A DNA stretch of 64,000 nucleotides from Eledone cirrhosa (taxonomy: Eukaryota), in contig OZ024758.1 in NCBI GenBank assembly GCA_964016885.1, positions 30,566,001 through 30,630,000 of the forward strand, in the 5' to 3' direction. The position numbers and the translations under genes were made by a program. The notes beneath the pieces were generated by a model that searched no databases, had not been told where the DNA came from, and saw only the letters and a program-made list of their open reading frames with translations. Shown in pieces: positions 36,057 to 48,662 of the stretch (position 1 is its first letter; the number at the start of each line of letters is the position of its first letter).

Positions 36057-36794
36057 GACAGCAACATAAGCTGGACCACGCATATAAGCAGCAAAGTTGA
36101 CATGGCCCGCAGAATGTGTTCCTGGATCCTCAGAACCTTCCAGTCGAGAGATTCCCGCACCATTATCCTTCTCTTCTCTACTTTCGCCCGACCACACCTT
36201 GAATACTGTTGTCCACTGTGGTCTCCCCACACGAAACAAAGTATCATGAAACTTGAAGCTCCTCAAAGGGCAATCACGAAAAAGATAGATGGCATGTCAG
36301 ACCTTGACTACTGGAGTCGATTGGAAAACCTGAAACTTTACTCACTCCAACGTCGCCGTGAGCGTTATATTATCTGCATGATGTGGAAAATGTTCCATCA
36401 TCACTGCCCAAATGATGTTGGCATCGCCTTCAAGATACACCCAAGGCTTGGGCCCCGTGCTATCCGTCCCATTCAAAAATCTAAATCGCAACTCATAACA
36501 ACAATACGGCACAATTATTTCACCTCAATCGGCCCTGCTCTCTTCAACATCACACCAGGACACGTCAAAACAGAAACTGACCACACAAAATTCAAGAAGT
36601 CTTTGGACAAATTCCTCCAAGTAATCCCGGACAAACCACCCACACCCGGATATGTCTCCGCAAACAGTAATTCTCTTCTCGAATGGGCCATGGTGCCCAA
36701 ATCCTGAATTGAAAGACTTCGCCAGGTGGTGCTATTAAGTTAGACATGGCCTGGGCCAATCCTGGCCAAAACATTTCAAAGTTATTCAAAGTTA
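36057..36794 (+). mobile_element. CR1-group LINE family A copy 4, 5'-truncated
   Basis: Matches 16111-16848 with the same 3' terminus; TA arrays on both sides. Confidence 0.97.
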
Positions 36795-37928
36795 TATATA
36801 TATGTATATATAAATATACATATACATATATATTTAAATGTACACATATATACATGTAAATATGTATTTGTATATGTATTTATATGTATATATATATATA
36901 TATGTAAATATATATATATATGTATATGTAAATATGTATAGATATATATGTAAATATGTATATATATGTGTATATAAATATATATACATGTATATACACA
37001 TATACATATATATATACACGTATATACATATATATATACATGTATATACATATATATACATGTATATACATATATATACATGTATATACATATATATATA
37101 CATGTATATACATATATATACATGTATATACATATATACATAAGTATAAATGTATATACATAAGTATAAATGTATAGACATATGTATATATATATATGTA
37201 TATACATGTGTGTATATGTATATATATATGTATATATGTGTATGTATTTATATATATATATATATATATATGTTTATATATATATATGTGTATATGTACA
37301 TATGTATATATGTATGTGTTTATATATATGTGTATATATACATATATATATATGTGTATATATATTGTGTATATATATGTATATGTACATATGTATATAT
37401 AAGTGTGTATATATATCTTTATATATGTGTATATATATATGTATATATATGTATGTATATATATATGTATATATATGTATGTATATATATATATGTATAT
37501 ATATGTATGTATATATATATGTATGTATATATATATGTATATGTATGCATATATATATATGTATATGTATGCATATATATATATATATATGTAAATATAT
37601 GTATGTATATATATGTATATGTATGTATATATATATATATGTAGATATATTTATGTATATGTTGTAGATATTTATATGTATGTATATATATATATATGTA
37701 GATATATTTATGTATATATATGTATGTATATGTGTGTATATGTATGCATATATATGTACGTATATGTATGTATGTATATGTATGTAGTATATATATGTAT
37801 GTATGTATATGTATATATATATATACATGTATATGTATGTATATATATATATGTATATGTATGTATATATATGTATGTATAAATATATATGTATATGTAT
37901 GTATATATATGTATGTATAAATATATAT

Positions 37929-37969
<41 letters not shown>

Positions 37970-38009
37970 TGTATATATATGTATGTATGTATATATATGT
38001 ATGTATATG

Positions 38010-38040
<31 letters not shown>

Positions 38041-38048
38041 GTATATGT

Positions 38049-38084
<36 letters not shown>

Positions 38085-38102
38085 GTATATATATATATAT
38101 AG

Positions 38103-38136
<34 letters not shown>

Positions 38137-38183
38137 GTATATATGTATATATATATATATAGATATATATATGTATGTATATG

Positions 38184-38218
<35 letters not shown>

Positions 38219-38223
38219 GTATG

Positions 38224-38310
<87 letters not shown>
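36795..38310. repeat. Degenerate (TA)n/(TATG)n array
   Basis: Directly visible. Confidence 0.95.
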
Positions 38311-38312
<2 letters not shown>

Positions 38313-38320
38313 ATCATAGA

Positions 38321-38394
38321 TATTTCATCTGATGATCGAACCAGACGCTTTTGTTAGAACCGTCTAACTTCGTGAAACCTAGGGTAATGGAATA
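38321..38394 (+). ncRNA. Solo hammerhead ribozyme between TA and CA arrays
   Basis: TATTTCAT-CTGATGA-TCGAA..AGACG..CGTCT..TTCGT-GAAA-CCTAGGG-TA^ATGGAATA; 8-bp stem I. Confidence 0.8.
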
Positions 38395-38435
38395 ATTATA
38401 TCGTGTTGTTTATTATATAATTAAATAGCTCTGTA

Positions 38436-38940
<505 letters not shown>

Positions 38941-39267
38941 ATACACATATATATATAAGATATACAATTATATAAACATATACACATAGTTGTGTGTATG
39001 TTTATACGTTTATGCCTGGACATAACAGAGACAATCGCAAACAAACCACCGCACAGACAGACACATTCCTATATATGAATATTTATATATATACATTCTG
39101 GAGCGTGCAACTGTTTTTGGATGAGTGAAGATGTTGTATGTCGAAACGTATCCTTGAAATTAACCACCATGACACAATAGTTGTAAAAATATTTTCTGCA
39201 TATATATTGATGAAAGTATACATACAGCCACAACGTATAAACGTATATACATATGTATGTATGTATG

Positions 39268-40015
39268 TTATCTCTTTCTCTTAATTTCGAGTGTATTTTT
39301 TTTGACCGGCCACCTTCCTGGTGGCAAGGTTGTAAAAGAAAAGAAATTGTCATCCCTTGAATCGCAAGAATGTTTTGCAAATTTTGAAGGTGCCAGCTAT
39401 CGCAGCCATTTGTAGACTATGAATTAGGGAGCTGCGCTTTTTGTCCGCAAATCCAAGTTCAGTCATACTTTGGTCCAAGCGGGTTGGTATATAACCCGTA
39501 GCACCAATAATGATGGGTATGAAGCTAAAGGTGTATCTTGGATACTGGATTTGTAAACTCCTCATCAATGGTCCGTAGATGTCCTCCTTCTCCTGTATTT
39601 TTCTGACAACGTTTACATCAAGTGGGCAGCTGATCTCCACAACAGAACACGTTTTCAATGTGTGGTCCCAAACTACAATATCAGGCCGGTTGTGCTTTAA
39701 TTTGGTGGCAGTTTTTATTTTCAGGTTCCACCAGTATTCCTTAGTGCCATCTGTCTCAATATATTCTTCCTCGTTTGTTGTTAATTTTGTTTTCCGAAGT
39801 GCGTTCCAGATGGTTCTAGCTATCCCATCGTGTCTCATGGGGAGGTAGTAGCGAGATGACATTCTTTCGCAGCTGGCAACAATGTGGCTTACATCCTCGA
39901 TCTTTGTTTTACATAGCCTACATTTATTGTCAGCTGCTGGCCCTCCTCTTTTGTGCAGCAGATATTTGGTAGGGAGTTCTTGTACCTGTATTGCATAGAG
40001 ATATCCCTCAAGGTG
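39268..40015 (-). mobile_element. 5'-truncated R4/Dong-type non-LTR element: CCHC knuckle + restriction-like endonuclease (coding 40015-39350)
   Basis: EGYLYAIQVQ, KCRLCKTKIEDVSHIVASC, RHDGI, HNRPDIVV, VEISCP, PIIIGATG; 3' end runs into (CATA)n. Confidence 0.9.
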
Positions 40016-40049
<34 letters not shown>

Positions 40050-40074
40050 TGTATGTATGTATGTATGTATGTAT

Positions 40075-40411
40075 GATGGTATCCAATGATGTTGACTTGT
40101 TCTTCTTTTTGGTAAATATCATCTTGGTTAAGAGAGTGGGACTGGCTTTGTGCAGTGCCTTTGCTCACTATAAAAGCTTCACGGCACAGGCATTGCTTTA
40201 TATCTGGAGATCTCTCTGCACTTGTCCTCACATGGTACCATGGGCCCAGCACTATGTGTCAATAATTGTCACAAGTGTAGTGTTTGTACCAGAGTTTTCA
40301 AGTCGCTGGCTGGACTAAAAAGTCACACTCGTTCAGCGCATTGGTAGGAGTTCTCCTACATGGATATAAAGTAGTGGCCGTACTCGAAAACGAGTTGGCA
40401 GCCACCACCAT
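40075..40411 (+). mobile_element. RTE-derived non-autonomous element, 5'-truncated
   Basis: Matches 57090-57423; followed by (ATGT)n. Confidence 0.85.
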
Positions 40412-41322
40412 GTATGTATGTATGTATGTATGTATGTATGTGTAATATCCACATATATATGTGTGGGTGTATGTATATAATTGTATGTGTTTGTGTATGT
40501 ATATACGTGTGTGTGTTTGTGTATGTATATACGTGTGTGCGTTTGTGTATGTGTATACGTGTGTGTTTGTGTATGTATATACATGTGTGTTTGTGTATGT
40601 ATATATGTGTGTGTGTTTGTGTATGTATATACGGGTGTGTGTGTGTGTATACGTGTGCGTGTTTGTGTATGTGTATACGTTTGTGTTTTTGTGTATGTGT
40701 ATACGTTTGTGTGTTTGTGTATGTATATACGTGTACGTGTATGTGTATACGTGTGTGTGTTTGTGTATGTATATACATATTTGTATATCTACGCACATAT
40801 ATACGAGCATGCCTATACGCACTCACACTCATATATATACAAATATACAATATATATATATATACAAATATACAATATATATATACATAAATATAAAAAA
40901 TATATATATATATATAAGTATATACATATGTGGATATATACCTATACATGTGTGTGTGTGTGTGTGTATAATAAAGAGAAGAATAGTGAAACGCCAGACG
41001 GATGTTTTGTGTAGAATATATGAAAAGATGGTGAATTAGATAAAAACGTTATATCTAGCAGCCGATCTCTCAGTTATCTTTAATAATGGAAGCTATTCAT
41101 TGACTTTGCAAATATAAATCAATGCACAGTAAATTAAGGCCGGATTACTTTGAATTTCTATAGAAAGTCTTTCCGTGTTTCACGAAGTTCTACATTTTTT
41201 TAGCATACTTATACCATCTTATATACTCATATATACATAAACACACACGCACACGCACACGCACACGCACACACACACACACATATACACATACATAGAA
41301 TCATACCTACATACATACATAC

Positions 41323-41560
41323 ATGGTGGCTGCCAACTCGTTTTCGAGTACGGCCACTACGTTATATCCATGTAGGAGAACCCCTACTGATGCGCTGAAC
41401 GAGTGCGACTTTTTAGTCCAGCCAGCAACTTGAAAACTCTGGTACAAACACTACACTTGTGACAATTATTGACACATACTGCTGGGCCCATGGTACCATG
41501 TGACGACAAGTGCAGAGAGATCTCCAGATATAAAGCAATGCTTGTGGCGTGAAGCTTTTT
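41323..41560 (-). mobile_element. RTE-derived non-autonomous element, 5'-truncated, inverted
   Basis: Reverse complement of ~40171-40411. Confidence 0.85.
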
Positions 41561-41619
41561 TACATACATACATACATACATACATTTATGTATGAGACGT
41601 ATGTATGAGACGTATGTAT

Positions 41620-42058
41620 GAGACGTAAAACACAGACCATAGAGGGGATAAACAACTCAAAAAGCCTGACATGGAGTTCCGACAAGTTTATGACATCACA
41701 CCTTGAGGGATATCTCTATGCAATACAGGAACAAGAACTCCCTACCAAATATCTGCTGCACAAAAGAGGAGGGCCAGCAGCTGACAATAAATGTAGGCTA
41801 TGTAAAACAAAGATCGAAGATGTAAGCCACATTGTTGCCAGCTGCGAAAGAATGTCATCTCGCTACTACCTCCCCATGAGACACGATGGGATAGCTAGAA
41901 CCATCTGGAACGCACTTCGGAAAACAAAATTAACAACAAACGAGGAAGAATTGTCATGAATCTTGCGATTCATGACAATTTCTTTTCTTTTACAACCTTG
42001 CCACCAGGAAGGTGGCCGGTCAAAAAAAATATACTCGAAATTAAGAGAAAGAGATAAC
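41620..42058 (+). mobile_element. Internally deleted copy of the same R4/Dong-type element
   Basis: SLTWSSDKFMTSHLEGYLYAIQEQ..CRLC..RHDG..TTNEE joined directly to the 3'UTR; followed by (CATA)n. Confidence 0.88.
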
Positions 42059-42154
42059 ATACATGCATACATACATACATACATACATACATACATACAT
42101 ACATACATACATACATACATACATACATACATACATACATACATACATACATAC

Positions 42155-42195
<41 letters not shown>

Positions 42196-42286
42196 CGAAG
42201 GAAATGTGGTAAGGAACCAGGTGGACCATAACGCACCAAAGTACTCAATACTTGAGGTAGTAGAGTGGGTAATAGGAACCAGTAAG

Positions 42287-42380
42287 ACCCCGACAGCTGA
42301 GCTCAAGCCGTTTCGACGGCTAATTCTGGACTAAATGAACATTTATCCTGGTATTTAAATAGCCGATCTTCTCAAGGGGT
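42287..42380 (-). ncRNA. PLE family 1 hammerhead (U3-A8 core variant), inverted copy
   Basis: Reverse complement of 44113-44206. Confidence 0.75.
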
Positions 42381-44112
42381 AATTCCATATATGGTCAAAG
42401 TGATTGTCAAAAATCAGTAGTAATTCTGTGGTTGCAAATTAGTAGGGGAGATGGTGGCTAAACCTTACAGCACTACACCAAACTTCGCACAAAACATCGT
42501 CTCCTCTAACAACAAAAAACTCAACCCCGATGGCAGAAATAACCTAAATAGCAGTGGAGAACCGACCAGGAGGTGTAACTGCCCGGATAGATCTATTTGC
42601 CCACTCGACAATAGATGCAGAGACCGTAATGTGATCTACCAGTGCAACGTGAGGACGGATACCTCCAACAAAGCCTATATAGGACTTACCGCATGTGACT
42701 TCAAGACCCGGCTATACCAACATAGACATACCTTCCGAAACCCGGCCCGGCGTCACGCCACTACACTTTCGGGCCACATATGGGACCTCAAGGACAACAA
42801 CATCACCTATGATCTCACTTGGAGATTACTGTCCAGAGCCAATTCTTACACGGGAGGACGCCGTCCGTGCAATTTATGCTCGGAGGAAACTTTACAAATG
42901 CTGTTTTCGACGGACCAACTCCTAAACAAGAAAGATGAACTGGTTACTGCATGTAAACATAGATTGCGTAGGACTTACCTCGCCCTCAAACCCCATAATG
43001 ACCCGGGGGGGTAGACTAGGGCTATAACACCCCAGTTGCCGATTTTGCAATGGGTAACCCCTGCTTGCCAAGGAAGACGTAAGATCTTCTTTGTATTCTT
43101 TTATCGCATCCTTTATTTCCTTCCCCCCTCTCTCCTTTGTCCTTCTACCCCAGCTCTTCTCCTTTGTCGGCGTCTTTTCTCGCCCACCCGAGGCTGCCCT
43201 TTGGCCCCATGTAGCCTTAGTACCCCCACTCCCCCCTCCCCTAGTCTTTGATAGATTTGGCGGACTCCGCCCTTTATAGCAGTTGGCTTAGACCCCGGAT
43301 ACTTGCCCCCCTTTTCCGACCGCTCCCACTATTCTCTGTGCCCTCTATATTTCTTAGTGGCACTTATGCCTTATTTTTTCGTTTCAGTATTTCTTGCTTC
43401 GCTTTTCTTCTGGGCGGGGTGGATTCTGAACTTATTTCTCCGTATTCTACCTTTATTTCGTACGAACTTTCATGTAGCTTGTTTTAGATCTTTTAGAGTT
43501 AGCATTAGTATATATTTTTCCCGGGACTCAGAATTATTATGTCGTACAAGTTCACTTTGCTGCACTGGGTCGTTGCTGGCCCGGGATGGAAACCTTTATT
43601 GTTTATTTCGTGGTAGTCTCTTTAGTATTTTGGCCCCTTTTGTTGACCAGTCACCGTATCATTTACGTACTTATACCTCTTAAAAGGGTCCTTGCCTAAT
43701 TCGTCCCACCTAGTTCTTTTACTTATTTCCTTATTTATTTATTTATTTATTTATTTACTTCTTTCTTTCTTTCTTTATTTTATTCTCGCCTAACAATAGC
43801 CTGACACCTAGGTCGTAGAATTTAATTTTTTCTTTACACTTATTTGCTTTTCTTCACTCTCAGTATTTTTTCTTTCCTATTTTTACCCCCCATTGTTCTA
43901 CCTACCGTTCCGACTTCCTCCCCCTCCCCCTCCCCTGTATCTTCTTTGACCTCATGCCCAGCTGTAGCTGGCACTACCAACGCTTGATTGGGTCTACTCC
44001 ACCCCCTCCCCTCTTTCTCCTACTGGCAGGTTTAGCCACCATCTCCCCTACTAATTTGCAACCACAGAATTACTACTGATTTTTGACAATCACTTTGACC
44101 ATATATGGAATT

Positions 44113-44206
44113 ACCCCTTGAGAAGATCGGCTATTTAAATACCAGGATAAATGTTCATTTAGTCCAGAATTAGCCGTCGAAACGGCTTGAGCTCAGCTGT
44201 CGGGGT
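44113..44206 (+). ncRNA. PLE family 1 hammerhead (U3-A8 core variant)
   Basis: ACCCC-TTGAGAA-GATCGGCTA..TAGCCGTC-GAAA-CGGC TTGAGCTCA GCTG-TC^GGGGT. Confidence 0.75.
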
Positions 44207-44391
44207 CTTACTGGTTCCTATTACCCACTCTACTACCTCAAGTATTGAGTACTTTGGTGCGTTATGGTCCACCTGGTTCCTTACCACATTTCCTTCGTTA
44301 TCTAGCTCCTACTCCCGTAGTAGAGCACTTTCCGACCCTACCACGCCGTATCCAGACTTTTCCGCTAAGCTCAATTCATTTCACCCGCACC

Positions 44392-46545
44392 ATGCGAAAA
44401 CACAACATTGACTTCTCTACCAAGAACATCCCAATCCCACCGAAAAAACTTTACCTTCGGATGCTCACGCAAAAAATTGATCTATTTGCGAAAAGACTTA
44501 GATGGAGAACTTTTTTCTATGACAGATATTGCGACAACCAAGACTTCGGCACCAAGGAGAGATTCGGATTTATTACCTACAAATCTCCGCCCCTGAACCC
44601 CTTGCTCGCACCCTTCGAGAATGACCTCTTCCAACTGGTCAAGAATATTAAATTTAAACCCAGACACAACCGATTCCTACAAAAACTCCGTAGCAACTTA
44701 ACAGAGTATGATAACACAAATGACATCATGGTGCATTCGGATAAAACTGGGAACCTATACTTTGTCAACCCTGACAGATACCACACACTGATCAGGAGCA
44801 GCCTAAACTCCACCTATAAAAAGGCCAACCACTCTTGCATCGAGGACATAAATCGAGATGGACAACAAATCACCTCCAGCCTCGGGGTCGCCGACCGCAC
44901 GGAACCTCTAGACCCACGGACACCATACTTCACACTGAAGGACCATAAATCCGATTTTGACCGTAAACCCTCCATCAGGCTTATTAACCCAACGAAGTCC
45001 GACATAGGGAGAATCAGCAAAAAAATCCTAGACCGCGTGATACCAAAAGTCAAGCAACACACCCGACTTAGCCTATGGATCAACACCCAGGAAGTAATCT
45101 CCTGGTTCAGCAATATGGAGGATAAACGAGAAACTAAATTCATACAGTTCGACATAGAGAGCTACTATGCTTCAATCACCTTACCGCTACTTACTGCCGC
45201 CTTGGACTTCGCCGAAACACTCGTGCCCATCACCGACCAGGAAAGAAAAATCATCCTCCACGCCAGGAAGACAGTCTTACTCTTTGACGACTCTAAATGG
45301 ATAAAAAGAGCTCCCGACTCACCCTTCGACGTCAGCATGGGCGCCACGGATTCGGCGGAGGTCACTGATCTTATAGGATTATTCCTAATAGCCAAACTCA
45401 CTGATATGTTTCCTGCATTCGGTGGTGGATTGTACCGTGATGATGGGCTCCTTACCCTTAAAGGGTACAACCCCAGTAGTACAGATCGGGTCCGGAAACA
45501 ATTAATCAGATTCTTCCGCGACTGGGGATTTAAAATAACCCTACAAACGTCCCTGACCCGAGTAAACTTCCTGGACGTAACCCTCGACCTCGAAAACGAC
45601 CTGTACTACCCATACAGGAAACCTAATGACAATCTGCACTACATCCACCGCCGATCAAACCATCCTAGGAACATCACAAACAACCTGGTCAAAAACATCT
45701 CCCTCCGCATATCCCGTTTGTCAGCTAATGAGCGGATATTCGATGAACATGCGCCTTATTACAACCAGGCCCTCAAGCGGAGTGGTTTCCGGGAGGAAAT
45801 ATCCTACTGTCCAGATCCCATTAGCGGAACCAGCAGGAGACACCGCCGCTCACGCAATGTAACATGGTGCAATCCTCCCCACAACGCAGAGGTGACTACT
45901 CCCATCGGGAAACTATTCTTTAGGCTCATTGAAAAACACTTCCCATTACAACACCGCTACCACAACATAATTAACAAAAATACCATCAAACTCTCTTACA
46001 GCACTACACCAAACTTCGCACAAAACATCGTCTCCTCTAACAACAAAAAACTCAACCCCGATGGCAGAAATAATCTAAATAGCAGTGGAGAACCGACCAG
46101 GAGGTGTAACTGCCCGGATAGATCTATTTGCCCACTCGACAATAGATGCAGAGACCGTAATGTGATCTACCAGTGCAACGTGAGGACGGATACCTCCAAC
46201 AAAGCCTATATAGGACTTACCGCATGTGACTTCAAGACCCGGCTATACCAACATAGACATACCTTCCGAAACCCGGCCCGGCGTCACGCCACTACACTTT
46301 CGGGCCACATATGGGACCTCAAGGACAACAACATCACCTATGATCTCACTTGGAGATTACTGTCCAGAGCCAATTCTTACACGGGAGGACGCCGTCCGTG
46401 CAATTTATGCTCGGAGGAAACTTTACAAATGCTGTTTTCGACGGACCAACTCCTAAACAAGAAAGATGAACTGGTTACTGCATGTAAACATAGATTGCGT
46501 AGGACTTACCTCGCCCTCAAACCCCATAATGACCCGGGGGGGTAG
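44392..46545 (+). CDS. PLE polyprotein, reverse transcriptase + C-terminal GIY-YIG endonuclease (Naiad-like), 717 aa from the first ATG
   Basis: FSTKNIPIP, DKTGN, TLKDHK, RLINP, FDIESYY, MGATDSAE, LYRDDGL, NFLDVTL, CNC..CPL..C, VIYQC..YIGLT..FKTR, CNLC..E..LLNKKDE..CKH; uninterrupted. Confidence 0.93.
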   Translation: MRKHNIDFSTKNIPIPPKKLYLRMLTQKIDLFAKRLRWRTFFYDRYCDNQDFGTKERFGFITYKSPPLNPLLAPFENDLFQLVKNIKFKPRHNRFLQKLRSNLTEYDNTNDIMVHSDKTGNLYFVNPDRYHTLIRSSLNSTYKKANHSCIEDINRDGQQITSSLGVADRTEPLDPRTPYFTLKDHKSDFDRKPSIRLINPTKSDIGRISKKILDRVIPKVKQHTRLSLWINTQEVISWFSNMEDKRETKFIQFDIESYYASITLPLLTAALDFAETLVPITDQERKIILHARKTVLLFDDSKWIKRAPDSPFDVSMGATDSAEVTDLIGLFLIAKLTDMFPAFGGGLYRDDGLLTLKGYNPSSTDRVRKQLIRFFRDWGFKITLQTSLTRVNFLDVTLDLENDLYYPYRKPNDNLHYIHRRSNHPRNITNNLVKNISLRISRLSANERIFDEHAPYYNQALKRSGFREEISYCPDPISGTSRRHRRSRNVTWCNPPHNAEVTTPIGKLFFRLIEKHFPLQHRYHNIINKNTIKLSYSTTPNFAQNIVSSNNKKLNPDGRNNLNSSGEPTRRCNCPDRSICPLDNRCRDRNVIYQCNVRTDTSNKAYIGLTACDFKTRLYQHRHTFRNPARRHATTLSGHIWDLKDNNITYDLTWRLLSRANSYTGGRRPCNLCSEETLQMLFSTDQLLNKKDELVTACKHRLRRTYLALKPHNDPGG

Positions 46546-47643
46546 ACTAGGGCTATAACACCCCAGTTGCCGATTTTGCAATGGGTAACCCCTGCTTGCC
46601 AAGGAAGACGTAAGATCTTCTTTGTATTCTTTTATCGCATCCTTTATTTCCTTCCCCCCTCTCTCCTTTGTCCTTCTACCCCAGCTCTTCTCCTTTGTCG
46701 GCGTCTTTTCTCGCCCACCCGAGGCTGCCCTTTGGCCCCATGTAGCCTTAGTACCCCCACTCCCCCCTCCCCTAGTCTTTGATAGATTTGGCGGACTCCG
46801 CCCTTTATAGCAGTTGGCTTAGACCCCGGATACTTGCCCCCCTTTTCCGACCGCTCCCACTATTCTCTGTGCCCTCTATATTTCTTAGTGGCACTTATGC
46901 CTTATTTTTTCGTTTCAGTATTTCTTGCTTCGCTTTTCTTCTGGGCGGGGTGGATTCTGAACTTATTTCTCCGTATTCTACCTTTATTTCGTACGAACTT
47001 TCATGTAGCTTGTTTTAGATCTTTTAGAGTTAGCATTAGTATATATTTTTCCCGGGACTCAGAATTATTATGTCGTACAAGTTCACTTTGCTGCACTGGG
47101 TCGTTGCTGGCCCGGGATGGAAACCTTTATTGTTTATTTCGTGGTAGTCTCTTTAGTATTTTGGCCCCTTTTGTTGACCAGTCACCGTATCATTTACGTA
47201 CTTATACCTCTTAAAAGGGTCCTTGCCTAATTCGTCCCACCTAGTTCTTTTACTTATTTCCTTATTTATTTATTTATTTATTTATTTACTTCTTTCTTTC
47301 TTTCTTTATTTTATTCTCGCCTAACAATAGCCTGACACCTAGGTCGTAGAATTTAATTTTTTCTTTACACTTATTTGCTTTTCTTCACTCTCAGTATTTT
47401 TTCTTTCCTATTTTTACCCCCCATTGTTCTACCTACCGTTCCGACTTCCTCCCCCTCCCCCTCCCCTGTATCTTCTTTGACCTCATGCCCAGCTGTAGCT
47501 GGCACTACCAACGCTTGATTGGGTCTACTCCACCCCCTCCCCTCTTTCTCCTACTGGCAGGTTTAGCCACCATCTCCCCTACTAATTTGCAACCACAGAA
47601 TTACTACTGATTTTTGACAATCACTTTGACCATATATGGAATT

Positions 47644-47737
47644 ACCCCTTGAGAAGATCGGCTATTTAAATACCAGGATAAATGTTCATTTAGTCCAGAA
47701 TTAGCCGTCGAAACGGCTTGAGCTCAGCTGTCGGGGT
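47644..47737 (+). ncRNA. PLE family 1 hammerhead (U3-A8 core variant), 3' pLTR copy
   Basis: Same sequence as 44113-44206. Confidence 0.75.
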
Positions 47738-48154
47738 CTTACTGGTTCCTATATATATATATATATATATATATATACTGTGTGTTCACTTTTTATGCAA
47801 AGATGCTTTTGTGAATGCGGCGCGTAAAGCAAATTCGCGTAATTCAAGTCTAATATTTCTGATAAAAAATAATAAAAACCAGACGCGTTATTCTCCAAAG
47901 TGAATATTTAATAATATTTTTTCAAGACGCGTTAAAGCGATTTCGTGTTAGAAAAAAAAAAAAAAAAATATATATATAGAGAATGGTCATATTTATTTCA
48001 TATAGAACTGCTTCATTTGTTTGTAATTATCAGGATATCCTGACAATAAATGAATGAAACAGTTTTAGTCCCGTAGAAGTCGTAGGTATGTATGAATGTA
48101 TGAATGTATGTATGTATGTATGTATGTATGTATGTATGTATGTATGTATGTATG

Positions 48155-48610
48155 TTCTTCTGGTTTTATAATTTCACAAATGTTTGCCAATAGAGAGAGA
48201 GTCGGTTTCTAACATAGACACAAGACTCTCTCATTGGAATTTACATAACATCAACTAAGTAGATATGTATGTATGCATGCATGTGTAGATATGGATATTA
48301 TTGTATGTATGGATGTGTATATGCTTTGTATCTGTATATGTGTATATGCAGTTATTAGATGCAACATTTTTGGAATGTTTTACATATTTTTACTGTTCCA
48401 TTAATGGATTGTACTTGTAATTTCCTAACTAGTTGTGTTCTTTCTGTTCCTGTGCAGCCTAGCTTCTCAAGATTTGTATTGAGGCAGTTACTAACATACC
48501 CCAGTGCCCCAATAATCACAGGTATAAATCTGAAGGTGTAATCAGGGTAGAGTATCTGCAGATTCCTCATCAGTTCTGCATAAATATTCTCCTTTTCACT
48601 AATCTTTGAT
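48155..48610 (-). mobile_element. 3' fragment of a second R4/Dong-type family
   Basis: KISEKENIYAELMRNLQILYPDYTFRFIPVIIGALGYV..GTVKICKTF, homologous to the C-terminus at 39350-39600; ends in (CATA)n. Confidence 0.82.
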
Positions 48611-48662
48611 GTATGTTTGCATGTATGTATGTGTGTATGTATGTATGTATGTATGTATGTAT

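Larger units (their letters stand above)
42192..47751 (+). mobile_element. Complete Penelope-like element family 1: inverted pLTR piece (42192-42465), direct pLTR (42464-44220), ORF, 3' pLTR (45995-47751)
   Basis: ~1.76-kb direct repeat at offset 3531; 42192-42465 is the reverse complement of 44028-44301; (TA)n on both sides. Confidence 0.95.

Noticed and set aside
39120-39160. TGAAGA..CGAAACG hammerhead-like words
   Set aside because: Core C3 missing and no stem I/II pairing found
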